Source: Lingula anatina (taxonomy: Eukaryota; Animalia; Brachiopoda). Taken from it: a DNA stretch of 64,000 nucleotides. This document shows, in pieces, positions 1-12,201 of this stretch. The DNA lies in the NCBI GenBank assembly GCA_051362555.1, contig CM120640.1:50260788-50324787 (forward strand). Direction: 5' to 3'. A program made the translations under genes and the position numbers. Numbering within the stretch: position 1 is the first letter of the stretch; the number at the start of each line of letters is the position of its first letter. The notes under the pieces are model-generated. The model searched no databases and was not told the origin of the DNA. It was given only the letters and a program-made list of their open reading frames with translations.

Positions 1-259
1 TGTGTTATGGTAGGGTGGGGAGCTGGAAAAGGTAGGGTGGCATTTTGAAATATTTTTATTTTATCTTTTTAATTTTCTTTCATTTACTCTGTTTAATTTC
101 CTGTGTGAACCTATAGCTAAGCCTTAATTACCCAACTGCGAAAACGGACACTTCAAAGGGAAAGAATTAAATGAGTACATGGTATATTACATTTAAAATA
201 ACGCAGAAATATAATTAAAAAGATACCACCTGTTCCTCTTTTTATTGTTTTTTCTACAG

Positions 260-886
260 CTGGACAAACCACCGGAAGCACAGTGCTGCAGGAAGTAGCG
301 CTGCCTGTACTGACAACGGGCATGTGTCGCGAGAATACTATTTATGGCAATGCCATAAAAGACAGTATGTTCTGTGCAGGAGATCTTCAAAATGGCGGAA
401 AGGATGCTTGTTCAGTAATATCTAGATAACATACTGTTAGATTTTAAGTTATTTGATAAAAAAATTGCATTTGTCAAATAATCCTTATTGAGACGTTTCT
501 GTTCTCAGTTATAGAGATATATTTATAGAGAAAATATCTTGGCATGATCAGTGATGTCAGTGGAAACACTCGGAGATTTTATGAACAACCGTTAGGTCTT
601 TAGTAGTCCGTTATTCATTTGAAATCTGATATTGCCTTTTTGAAATAAAAAAAATACAAAGCCTGTGTAGTTTCACTTGTTTTTTTTTTCTTGACTTTGA
701 TACTACGTGTTTTTTTCTTTTCAGGGTGATTCTGGCGGACCACTACAGTGCCATGTACGTGGTGTGTGGACAGTGGCCGGAGTGGCCAGTTGGGGGAGTG
801 GCTGCGGTCAGGCAGATAAACCAGGCGTATACACTCGTGTTTCAGACTACCTGACGTGGATCTGGGCAGTAATGTCAAGAAACTGA
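260..886 (+). CDS. Trypsin-like serine protease (S1A), last two exons (260-414, 725-886); 5' part lies outside the window
   Basis: Hand translation gives ...[10 protein letters not shown]...[18 protein letters not shown]|[46 protein letters not shown]...*. It has the catalytic GDSGGP motif and the S1-pocket Asp (KDAC). GT-AG intron at 415-724. Confidence 0.93.
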
Positions 887-2258
887 TCTCATTGCCGTTG
901 CTCGTGTATACCGGGCATGCATGAGACACATTGAATACAGCCGTTAACCACCAACGAGCACATACTTGCAGCCTTGTTTTGACACACCTGCCTTACCTGT
1001 TGCTATAAACCTTACTTAGTTATCGTCATTTATGAGTACATAACCGATTATTAAGAAACTGGTCAATACCTGATGCATTAACTGACAGAAATTTACTGGA
1101 TAAAACCCTATTGGCGGCGATAAGCTTGTGTAAATTTTGTTTGTTGAAACGTTATCCATTTCGATTTAAGTGGCACATAAATATTTGTTTTAAAACAAAC
1201 CATTAGTGGAGTCGATTGTGTCGACCAGATCTATTAGTAACATTGATTGTAAACAACTGCAACTTGTTGTTACGAAAATGTGCCTTAACATATTCATTTA
1301 AATTGGCAGAGAGCGACATTATGGCCAAACTAAGTACCTGCTGAGTCATTCCATCATTACAGTTTTGGAAATCGGTCTAAAAGTGCATTAATTTAGGTGT
1401 GCTTCAGGTGCTTTAATTGCCAATTTGGTTGACATGTGTTTTGTTCTGAAAAATATATTAACTACACGTTTATTGTAATTTTTTTCTTTGGGGGGGGGGG
1501 GTGTCAATCCACACATAATGAACAAATGGCATTACTGAACAAATCTTTAATGGTGCGTTTTTGTAAACCAGGATATGGATGGAGAGGCAAGAGGAACATC
1601 GCTCTCCTTTTAAATACGTATCTTTTATTAACTTATTTTTACAAACAAGATATTACGTGTGTCCTTAAGCGCAGATGCAAGATTTGCCCCAAGTCCTCAT
1701 TCAAAACAAGATGGGAGGACTGAGCCCCTACCACCTTTCTTAATGTTCTGCTTCCGCCAATGTCGACTGTAACGAAAGTGGCTATTAATCAATAACGAAC
1801 TGGGATGTTGTTAATGAGATGGTCAACAGTTTCATTTTCTCTACTGGCTTGCCAAAGAATGAAAAGATTGATGTTTTAAAATGGACTTTTTGACTGTAAA
1901 CCTCTCTGTAAATGGAAACGGACTAAATGGTCAATTAACGGGCAATGTGTTTGTCGTGTGTCTTCATTATATATGTAGTGTACAATGAAAATTCCAGTTT
2001 AAAATCAATATCTCAAACACAATTCTTTCAGACTTAGTCTGTGTACTTCCCGTTTTAGATGGAGACGGGAACAGTTAACCAGCATCAACAAAGTTCTTGT
2101 CAAGTGCACACAATGCAAAGTGCGCTTATTATCGTTAGTGACTACATAGGTTTCAACGTGAGCCCAAAGTAGTCATTTGCTGGCTGTCTCTTCGTCACGA
2201 ACGCTTTTGTATATACGCGTGCATTAACTGAGGCAAAGTCCGTCCAGAGGGCTAGGTT

Positions 2259-3944
2259 ATGGATATGGAAGAAAGGGTCGTCATAAATGTTGGTGGTACC
2301 CGTCACGACGTTCGCCAAGAAACACTGCGAAGAATTCCAGGGACAAAGCTTGCATCGCTTACTAAGCGAACTTTTCACTCTGATGATGAAGTTAAAGAAT
2401 ACTATTTCGATCGAAATTCTGCATACTTTGAAGTTGTCCTTGATTGTCTTCGCACTGGACAGCTTCATATTCCACGTAATTTGTGTGTTAAAAGGGTCCA
2501 GCAAGAGCTGGATTTTTGGAAAATTGATCGTAAAGAAGTAGGCTCGTGTTGTCTCCATATATTTACTGACGCAGAGGAACAAGAGACGGAAGCACTGGAG
2601 ATGTCTAAAGAATTTGGACTCATCCCGATGAACGATGACCAGATGACAGAAAAACTAATTGGTGTGTCCAGTCGTCGTATCCGATTGTGGACTTTTCTTA
2701 GCGATCCGAATTCTTCCAAGGCAGCTCTGGTAAATTTTGTGGCTCATCAAATAATATTAGCTAGACTTGTAAGAAGTTAAAACCAAAAAAATTAAAGCAA
2801 ATATTTTATCAAAAGGGAACACATATCAATTATTTTCATTCGGGATATAAATTTCAATGCATGAAAAAGTAAGTCGTCATTTTATTAGTGTTGCATTTCA
2901 TTTGAATCACCTGTGAAGATATACGTAAGACATATTCTGGTCCCTTTTCATTAGGAGGTTGTGACTGTCGACGACGGGTTCTAATATTTTAAACTTAAGT
3001 CGTACAATATTAGAGACTGATTCAAACTACTTTGAACATACCTCAATCATATTTTCTTTCATTTAAAAAGCATCTAGTTGATCTTTGTCTCACAGTACCT
3101 TTAATACATTGTGTTTCAGGCATGGCTATACTTCTACCTAATTTTGGTCGTGTTGACCATAATTTGTACAGCCTTAGGAACTGATAACAATCTACGAATA
3201 GGCAAATACTTAGGAAACATATCGCTGGACGAGGAAGCTTTGGCAGCAGAATTTGACATCAGTTTGAAAAGATTACAACTAACAATAAGCAGCAAACCAC
3301 AGTGGATGCATATAATTGACAATGTTGCTTTACTTTTCTTTTCCACCGAACTTTTCATTCGTTTTGTGGTTAGTCCGATGAAAGGGCGATTTTTCAAAGA
3401 CCCGATGAATATTATTGACATTATCTGGATCATTTTGAATTTGACTATAATAGTCACCACACCATTCCAGGAAAGCAACCTAGATCTTTTTATTTTTGCA
3501 GTCATTGTAGACGGAATCGTGAGTGTTCTGCGTGTTTTTAAGATTTTAAGAGTCGCCTCTTGCTGGCTTGGCCTCAGAGTGCTTTTGCTGACCTTAAAGG
3601 CTAGTATTAAAGAATTGTTATTAATGATTGTATTTCTTGGAATGGGTTTGGTTATCTTTGGGACATTTATATATTATTCAGAGCTGGATGAAATGGAAGG
3701 CCAATTTCCAAACATACTAGTTGGCTATTGGTGGGCCGTGGTTACTATGACGACGGTAGGCTATGGGGACATCCATCCCACCGGAGCAGTGGGTAGAATC
3801 GTTGGGGCGATATGCATTATAATCGGCATGGTTATCACAAGTTTACCAATATCTATCATCGGGAATAATTTTAGCAAATATCTTTCTTTTTCAAAAACTG
3901 TAAAAGTCCTAAGAAAGAAAAATGATCGAAACCATAAAAAATAA
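2259..3944 (+). CDS. Voltage-gated K+ channel alpha subunit, Shaw/Kv3-like but divergent; exons 2259-2729 and 3120-3944
   Basis: T1 domain (RVVINVGG...YYFDRN...) with the HX5CX20CC Zn motif of non-Shaker Kv channels. Six hydrophobic segments and the pore WWAVVTMTTVGYGD. A phase-0 GT-AG intron (2730-3119) joins the two ORFs. Confidence 0.92.
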
Positions 3945-4001
3945 TGAGTCAATTTAAATGTATATAACCTTTAAAATAAAGATCGCACAAAGTATAGGGC
4001 C

Positions 4002-4158
4002 TATAGGACCATGCAAGGATCTTAAAACGGTGAAGGATGACGAATTTCCATTGCGCTAACCATTTCGTGATAATGATATAGGGCTGTTATCACGAAATGG
4101 TTAGCGCAATGGAAATTCGTCATCCTTCACCGTTTTAAGATCCTTGCATGGTCCTATA
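4002..4158. repeat. Perfect inverted repeat with 72-bp arms and a 13-bp loop (hairpin or MITE-like)
   Basis: 4002-4073 (tataggacc...cgtgataa) is the exact reverse complement of 4087-4158. Both ends are TATA. Confidence 0.95.
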
Positions 4159-5695
4159 TATATAAGGAACTCATAAACGTGTGAATTTTTTCTTTCGGAA
4201 AATTGACCCCTTTCAGAGTCTCAGCTTTGTGTGTTTGTTTTTTAAGCAGAAAACGTAGCAAAACTAGGAAAATCAGTGGCTGCGAGAAAAGAACAAATGA
4301 GATGATAATGATTTAATAACATTCACAGATTGGTAGATTGTGTCTTGATGTGTATTTATAACGTTTAGTTCGTGAGGCAGACCACAGGCACAGGATGGAC
4401 AAACGCATAGCAGCACCAGTAGGCCTACATTGTGTGTTTAAATAAATGTAGTAGGTTACACAGACTTTACGTATTAAAAAACGTGTACTACGTTACGCAA
4501 GCTTTGCGTTGGATTGTATCAAACAAAACTCAGCTACATATCTAAAGAATGTATTTCATTTGAATTGGTGATACTGTCTTAGAAATGTCAGTTAGAACTT
4601 AGTTCTCTGTAAGCGTCTTTCACAAATTTCTAATGAGAAAAGAAAAATAAAAAGTTTTTTCCTCAGAATTTTTTGTTTCAACTCGCTTTGGCTTTATTAG
4701 CCTGGGTTTACTGTGGGGCTTTTTTCTTTTTCGCTACAAAAGCAACTGACATGGGCGTTACTAAGCAGCAAATCTTAACCAAATATGTTGACCTCCAGAG
4801 AAACCTAGGCTTATGGCCTTACTTGGCTTATTTGTAAAATAATTTGCGATAATTGAACACAGACTCATCTTGCTCTTCTTTGATGGGACGTCTATTTTCA
4901 CACGTCCTTCAACGATAAAACAAAAGGAAAAATATCAAAACCGTGAGACCGTCCTGTAATAATGGACCTGGGTCAATTTGGTGTATTTTGTGCAAGCTTC
5001 AGAAGTGTATTTCATAATTTTTATTTTCTACTTATGTATTTCATAATGAAAAGCAAGATTGCTGCCCTATGAATCCGCCTGGTAGAATACATTTGCTTCA
5101 CTACTTTACATATTTGAAATATTCATCAAACGTAAAATAGTACAAGAGGGCCTGTGAAAAAAAATGGGTCGATTGTGCCAAAATCCACACTCCGAATTTC
5201 GTTCAGCACCTCTAAAGCAATGCAATTTGTCAAATGTTTACGAGGCGAGTCAAGTGACTATACTTCGGTCGAATGTTCTTCATTAAGGTTCGGTTGACAT
5301 TTGATCAAACTAAACTTTGTCTGTGATAATTTCTATGGCTGCATTAATGGTATGCTGATATCAAAGTTAAACTTCTACTGGACTGTCCATATATTTTAGA
5401 CGCCATTAACGAGCTAACTGTTCATCTTGCTCTGGTCTACCGATTTTTGTACTATAACTAATATTTCCCAAACTAGAAAGAAAACAATATGAATGTAACA
5501 TTTCTAAAAGGACAAAAAGGTATGTTTTACAGTCTGCTATTCTCCCAACATCAACTATGCCATAACAATTATGTCTTCCTTCTGATATTTTTTTATTCAA
5601 AACTTGACAAAACGTGATTTTTGTAAAATTTACCAAATTTCTGATAAATTTTAGGGGAACAGATTTCAGGGTACAGTTCTTGTAAAATGGAATTC

Positions 5696-5918
5696 TATGG
5701 AATCCCAGGAGGGCCAAGCGGAAAAAAAAATTAAAAAAAAAAAAAATTTGAAAAAAAAATTTGAAAAAAAAAATTTTGAAAAAAAAATTTGAAAAAAAAA
5801 AATTAAAAAAAAATTGAAAAAAAAATTTTTTTTGAAAAAAAAATTGCGAAATTTGCGAGATCGCGTGTAATCCCGCGAGATCGCGCGTAATCCCGCGTGG
5901 TCGCGCGAAATCCCGAGA
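5696..5918 (+). repeat. Left TIR core: 25-bp unique tip, A-tract array, then about 3 CpG-rich 20-bp repeats (cgcgagatcgcgYgtaatcc)
   Basis: Reverse complement of about 11995-12201. Confidence 0.9.
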
Positions 5919-7929
5919 GGTCAATCGTGTTTCATTTTCAAGATGAAATTTTAAAAAAACACAAAATCTCGCGAGAAAGTGCGAGAAAGAAAAAAGCATT
6001 GGCGAATGAGGCAGGGAGGGGCTGTTCAAAATGCCGACATTGCACCGAACATGAAGAGGAGGATGTCATTTGTAAAGGGAAAACCGCCCAACAGACTGGG
6101 ATATTGGCTCCATGCTAGGCCAATGCCACGATGAGAAGGGATTTTATGGAGCTAGAATATTTAAAAAAACACTCTTTAGTACCACCAGCATGTACGCTGG
6201 CAGTATTCATGGCTTTAGTCCCGACCTATCTCATATGGCTCTGCAGGGTGTCGTGAACTACAAGTCACCGTTACCGCTTCTCCTCCTAGAGCGCATTATT
6301 TCAAGGTCAAACAGGTCACATTTTTCTAAAATTGCTAACTTTCTTGTGGAAAACAGTTATTATTGTCTATTTTCAGAAACTAAACAGATCTAATCTATAA
6401 TACAATGGGCAGGTGTTACCCTTAGGGTAATCTTTGATCTTCGTGAGTTTGGGGTCAATTGGGGCATTTTCAGACGAGTAGTGGCTATTAGATGCCAAAC
6501 TAAAAACTCTCTAATTCTGGAACCATCATTGCTAGAGACCTTGTTTTTTCATTTTGTAGAGCTTTGCATGCGCAACACTGCAGGTTTTTTGTATTTTTTA
6601 TTTTTTTCGTTAGGGCTCGGGCATTGTTCTGTATCAAATAGTTCAACATCCAATATTCAGATGTGAAAATAAAATGTAAAATACACCAAAATTAGCAGAG
6701 ATACACCCATTGTTACTACTGAACTTGAATAGGAAGGAGCAAACTGGTAATCAAAAATGATAGGACAATTTTATTAAAGTTGTGCTGTTTTTATCATTGA
6801 CTTAATTGTTGAAAATGGAAGTAAACTCATTAGTTATAGTTCTCACTTGTGAACATAGTGGAATTTTCAAATATCATGGGCCTGAATACCTTTGCTAATT
6901 AATTTTTTTGTAAATACCATTTTAACTGCATTGCATAATTAAGAATTGGTGGTGAATATGCTCTTAAGCATTATGTAATATAGCATCAAAAGTGAGGGAA
7001 AATAAATTTTGGTCACTCTCACCTTAATGGCCATAAACGTCATGCTACTCGTGGCTCTCAAACCTACTGAAAGGGTTCTTGGTCTGAATTGTACCTAGAC
7101 TTGCACCAGTTTGACTGCCTTTTATGTGCGTTCAATATTTTTTAAATATTAGCATTTTTATTGAGGGATTTAACCCCCAAAGGCATGAAGTCAAATGGCA
7201 GTGACCTTTTATACATTGTACTATTATGATAGTTCAAGGTTGTATCATTATGTAAAATTGTATCAGATTTGGCAAAACAAATTGTGTACTGCCAATAGTA
7301 ACATTATAAAGAAAAAACAGTGACATATAAGTTTGAAAATCCAATAATAATTCTTAAGCACAGATCAAATTGGGAACCCAGCTTGATTGTTTTTTTTTCT
7401 GAAATTTATGCATTTTTATTTGAATGTTCATATTTCTCTTGCTTGCATATTTTAACTGTGAATTTGAACTGACATGGGTATGCTAGTAACATATTCCTAA
7501 CAGACATATACCTGCAATGCTGTTCGACTTCCTGTTAAGCATACTGTATTTTGCATCAGTATTGACAGTTACCTACTTTGTGCATTTTTTAAATTCTTTT
7601 TTTGTAGTTTTGACAGCTATGCTGGGATAGAGACTTTGAATTATATGTATTGTCAAGTTTATTGAAAAGTGGTTGAATTTTTATGTACTGACAGGTGTGA
7701 CACCAGCATCTCCATGCACATAAAGAGATAACACCATCAAGGGAAAACCAATTTACCTTTTTGTCTTACAGAACTTGTGGTTTCATAAAAATGGGTTGTG
7801 TAGCCTGTTGCGCATTGTATTAATGTATCAAAAAAAGGAAAATAACCTTTTTTGTGATTCTTTATTCTCTTTTTTCCTGTACAGCAATTTGGAATTTGCA
7901 GGTTGGTGCAGAAACATTAATATTACATT

Positions 7930-10900
7930 TTACACATATGTAGATGACTGTAATGCAGATCTTTCTAGGATGAAGTGTCTCCTTAGTTGAATATAACTCT
8001 CCTCTTCAGTGGATATTTCTATTGTCAAGTGGTTAGTGGCAGTGAAGTTAGTTGCTTCATTATAGAAGTCCTGTGGCACACGAGCAGATTGTTCATAGTT
8101 CAGTGTTTTTTCTCGTGCAACTTCTGCCAAATCTCTATCACTGACAGTGAATCCACACTGGTGACCGCCTGCAAATATATATTGCATAAAATATGTAGGT
8201 TGATATACCTTAAGCCAGTTGTTCCATTTAGTCACATAGCCATGCCACAAGAACATGGTGATGTGTAAAATTGACTACGTGTTCATATTTAAAGTAAAAG
8301 ATTTTTAATACAAAAATGTCTTAAGTTTTAAATATTTCAATCTTTTATATGCTAAACATGTAACTGAAATTGCCAAATTTACCATATAAATGTGGAAATG
8401 CATAAATGTCATTTGGAGCAGCACCAGTGGGTAACCACACCTGCCTTTGGTGTCTTATTTTGTGGTTGTTCCACCACAGTTGAAATGCATCTATATCATG
8501 TTGTATCAGAGGCAAGTAAACAATTACCATGCACCACTTGTCAATGCAACTGTGTCTGTCATACCAACCATCTCTGTGCAAACCCTGAAAAGTATAATAC
8601 TTGTGAATTTATCAGTCATTCTATGATATGCCAACGGATTAAAACTCTCTTTAGGAAAGTTGACCAGAAACACTGAAATAATTGCATGACATCAGAATAG
8701 TGCGTGATCCAACTACAGGCTTTAATAGACATCCTTGTGACAAATGGGTAAATATAATAAGAAATTTACATACCTGGTTCAGTGGTGAAGGCCCCATGAT
8801 GTGACTATCGGAAAAAGCATGCTGATCACTGCTATTTCTTCTTAGGAACATTTGGCATTCAATTAAGTCTACATTCTCTGTCCCTGGGTCACTTCTAGTT
8901 CTATTAGGGCAGACTATTAAAAAAACGGTAACTATTAGCACAGATGTTTAAGAAGACCACAGTGTTGAAATATACCCCAAACTAGTATGTTACAATGGCA
9001 AAATCAGAAATGGATAATACTAGTAAACTCTTTTAAACCCAGTAGTGTGTGGTTAGATAAGGGATAGAGTTTTTTCAAATTGGTTTTTTACTTAAAACAG
9101 TGCATTATATACATACACAAAAATTTGCGTGAAAATGTATCAAAGCATCCATGTATGTAAATATGGAAGAACTGAAACTTGTCATTACCATCCACAGACC
9201 AAATCCAATTTGGTCCCTGAAAAGAAATAGTTGATATTATCACATGAAAACCTAAAATTAAATGTCATTTTGAAAGTATATACATGTGAATAATCTGACT
9301 GATACATTCCTCAAATGAACGAATCAAACAACTTTTACTGATAAGTGGCTCCATCATACAATTATCTTTCTATAATCTTAAGTTAGTTGAAACTGACAGT
9401 ATGATGACTTGGCAATTTTTGTGACCAGAAAAGGGTTTAAGACTAAATAGTTTTCCACATATTGTGTTATTGCTGAAAGTGCATGGCTTAAATGATCAAG
9501 ACAGATAGGTCTCTGTGTCTATACATAAAAATAATATTTATCTGTGATTTAAAAACTCGTCGATTTAAAGCCCTTCGTATCCTTAGTTTCCGACCTTCAT
9601 GATCAACTTCATGCAATATCTCTTGCACATCAATTCTTAGGATAGAGTAACAGAATAATATAATTTAATAGAAGTGAAACAAAAATAGATTTTTACTTTC
9701 ATTTTTTAATTAACTGCTTAATTGCAAAAATTAATCCTTTGCTTAACTAACCTTTTTACTTTCTTGTGATATTTCTGGCGACACTGATCATATATTCGCC
9801 TTACACCTGCCAGTCCCCCACAAACAACGAATTCTTGTTGAATAATATCCTTCATAAAAAGATATGACTCACACATTAAAATGACCATTTATTATGTATA
9901 TAACCTTATTAAATTATAATTGGAAATATAAATCACTGTAAGATGTCAATATTTTTATTTTATTTGTACAAGGGGGATAATTAAGTTTTGGATTGTAACA
10001 GACTTTCTATCAGACATATCTATATACTAGTACTGTACTGGTTGGTTGGTGTATTTATGCCATCTCCTCTATTCTAAGACTTGAGTGATCAAAATACTAC
10101 AGATATTATTTCAACATACAGATTGATTCAAAGTAGGCAGCATCAAAATTATTGCTTACCCTTAATTCTTGGACAGGGACATGTTCATGTCGCTTGATTT
10201 CAAGAACATTTAACCTTCTCTTGAGGGTACTTTCACTGACAGTGAAAAAGAAAATAATTAAAAATAATTAGATCCTTTCTGAACTTATTACCTGCTTTAA
10301 GATATTCAGTGAGCTGACAACTTTAAAGTTTGCCCTTCATGCAATAGGATTTTGCAGATTTTTATGGGAATCTATATGAAAATGATAACACGGACCAAGA
10401 CTTTTCTGGGGATTCATGCCATTTAAAATCACCACTTGTAATTTTCAACAAAAATTCCAGGAGTCCAAGCCATCATTAAAAAAAAAAACTATCCAGTGAT
10501 GTCAGCAGCTGTCCAATTAATAGTTAAGTTTGTCACCAAGAAAAGACTTGACGTGGGCGATAAGCAATGAGCTTCACTAACAATAAGAATTAAACATGAC
10601 ATTGATTGACACAAAGATTTCTCTACAAAAAAGCAAATATAAATAAGCATTTGTTGCCACAAAGAATTCTACACAAAAATATTTACCTCCAGGTAATACC
10701 AATGTCCTTTAAATATTCTAATATCAAAGCTTTGCTTTTATAATGTTCCACTAGATTATTGAGGAAAACCTTTAAATCTGAAATTCAAAAATAAAATGAA
10801 TTTTTTACATGAAGCAATGACAGACTATAGATGACTTATAAGAGATACAATTAAACATACACACATTATAAGGCAATTTCATTTAGTATGCTCTTTTGTT

Positions 10901-10976
10901 TATTACAAAATGGATGTGAATTTTTTCTGATATTTCTCCTCGAGAGCCAGTCACATATGAATAACAGTCTTTTACA

Positions 10977-11011
<35 letters not shown>

Positions 11012-11909
11012 TACTTGTAGCCCAAAGAAAAGCTTTGATAATAACACTGGAGATGTGTGCCTCAACATAAAAGGTGAATTATACAGGTTAAATCCACCTA
11101 ATTCAATTTTATGATTTATATTTTATACTTTCTTAAATCAACTTCTGTTTCATGCTTTCATAAAATAACTATTATTTGAATTGACAAACTGAAGCCCAAG
11201 AATTAAAAATATTTCAAGTAATATCATATATGAAACTATTTCAATTCTTATTGTATTTTAACACAAATAACTTGGTAGATCCATGTTGAAAAAAGACAAA
11301 CACTGAATTTGCTCACCAAATTTGAAGTCCTGATCCATCGGCAAGTGCCCACAGTTGACACAATGTCTGATGGTTCTAATTTTTCGGTATCCTGGACATC
11401 GACATTGCCTTTTGTTACAAGCACCGACGACACTCTACAAACGTAAATTACAAATGAAAAGCAATACTTTCAACATTCCTATCCTTAACGGGAACTGTAC
11501 ACGTGTGGTTTAATAATTGTTTCGAGGAAGTCTAATGAAAAATACTGTAAATTTATGTAAATGTATGTAAAATAAGTTAAATACCCAATGAAGACGTTTG
11601 CATAACCAGTCAGTGTCACTGTGTCAGGAAAGGCGACATATTTATTTAACCGGTGTTGCTATCTTCTTTTATTGCCCCTAGTACGTTCTAATACTAGTAA
11701 TAGTAAAGAAATAAGACTAAGAGGACACTCGTCCTTGATTCACTAATAATACTATACGTCACACTATCATCTGCATAAAGAATAAAGAGAAAACAACTTA
11801 CGTGCAATATATTATCACATCCGCATGATTTACAAATGGGAATGTGAGCCTGTTGTTCATAGTCCGTGCTATGTTGGCATTTTAAACACATCGTGGCTTC
11901 TTCCGCCAT
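7930..11909 (-). pseudogene. Multi-exon (about 12) IS3-family/integrase-core DDE transposase, decayed
   Basis: Exons at about 11909-11802, 11434-11317, 10777-10687, 10235-10160, 9849-9752, 9635-9542, 9216-9117, (degraded ~9040-8945), 8913-8774, (degraded ~8673-8615), 8584-8383 and 8168-7930. They encode GITWSESTLKRRL, DHEGRKLRIRRALNRRVF, GPNWIWSVDGNDKF..IHGCFDTFSRK, RSDPGTEN, GPSPLNQ and WNNHKIR. Lesions: the donor after 9542 reads AT, there are in-frame stops, and the expected catalytic RIE is not found. Confidence 0.8.
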
Positions 11910-11994
11910 GTTTCTATTCTCGCAATTTCTCGTGAGATATCGTGATTTTTTTTCTCTTTTTCTTGATTTCCTTTTGAAATAAAATTTGCTCGGT

Positions 11995-12201
11995 ATCGCG
12001 GGATTTCACGTGGCCACGCAGGATTACGCGCGATCTCGCGGGATTACACGCGATCTCGCAAATTTCGCAATTTTTTTTTTCAAAAAAATTTTTTTTTCAA
12101 ATTTTTTTTTCAATTTTTTTTTTTTTCAAAAAATTTTTTTTTTTCAAAAAAATATTTTTTTTTCAATTTTTTTTTTCGCTTGGCCCTCCTGGGATTCCAT
12201 A
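11995..12201 (-). repeat. Right TIR core of the IS3EU-like element
   Basis: Mirror of 5696-5918, with a shorter T-tract array. Confidence 0.9.

Larger units (their letters stand above)
5696..12201. mobile_element. IS3EU-like DNA transposon, about 6.5 kb, probably non-autonomous
   Basis: Termini TATGGAATCCCAGGAGGGCCAAGCG...CGCTTGGCCCTCCTGGGATTCCATA, flanked by GAATTC on both sides (5690-5695, 12202-12207). TIRs exceed 200 bp and enclose DDE transposase exons. TAY..RTA ends with a 6-bp TSD match my recollection of the IS3EU definition. Confidence 0.85.

Noticed and set aside
5854-5918. Short repeat array that superficially resembles a CRISPR
   Set aside because: The units are contiguous with no spacers, the context is eukaryotic with no cas genes, and they are part of a TIR.
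5406-6029. 207-aa Phe-rich ORF (and the mirror ORF at 11986-12285)
   Set aside because: Artefact of translating the TIR T-tracts, which are low complexity and lack stop codons.
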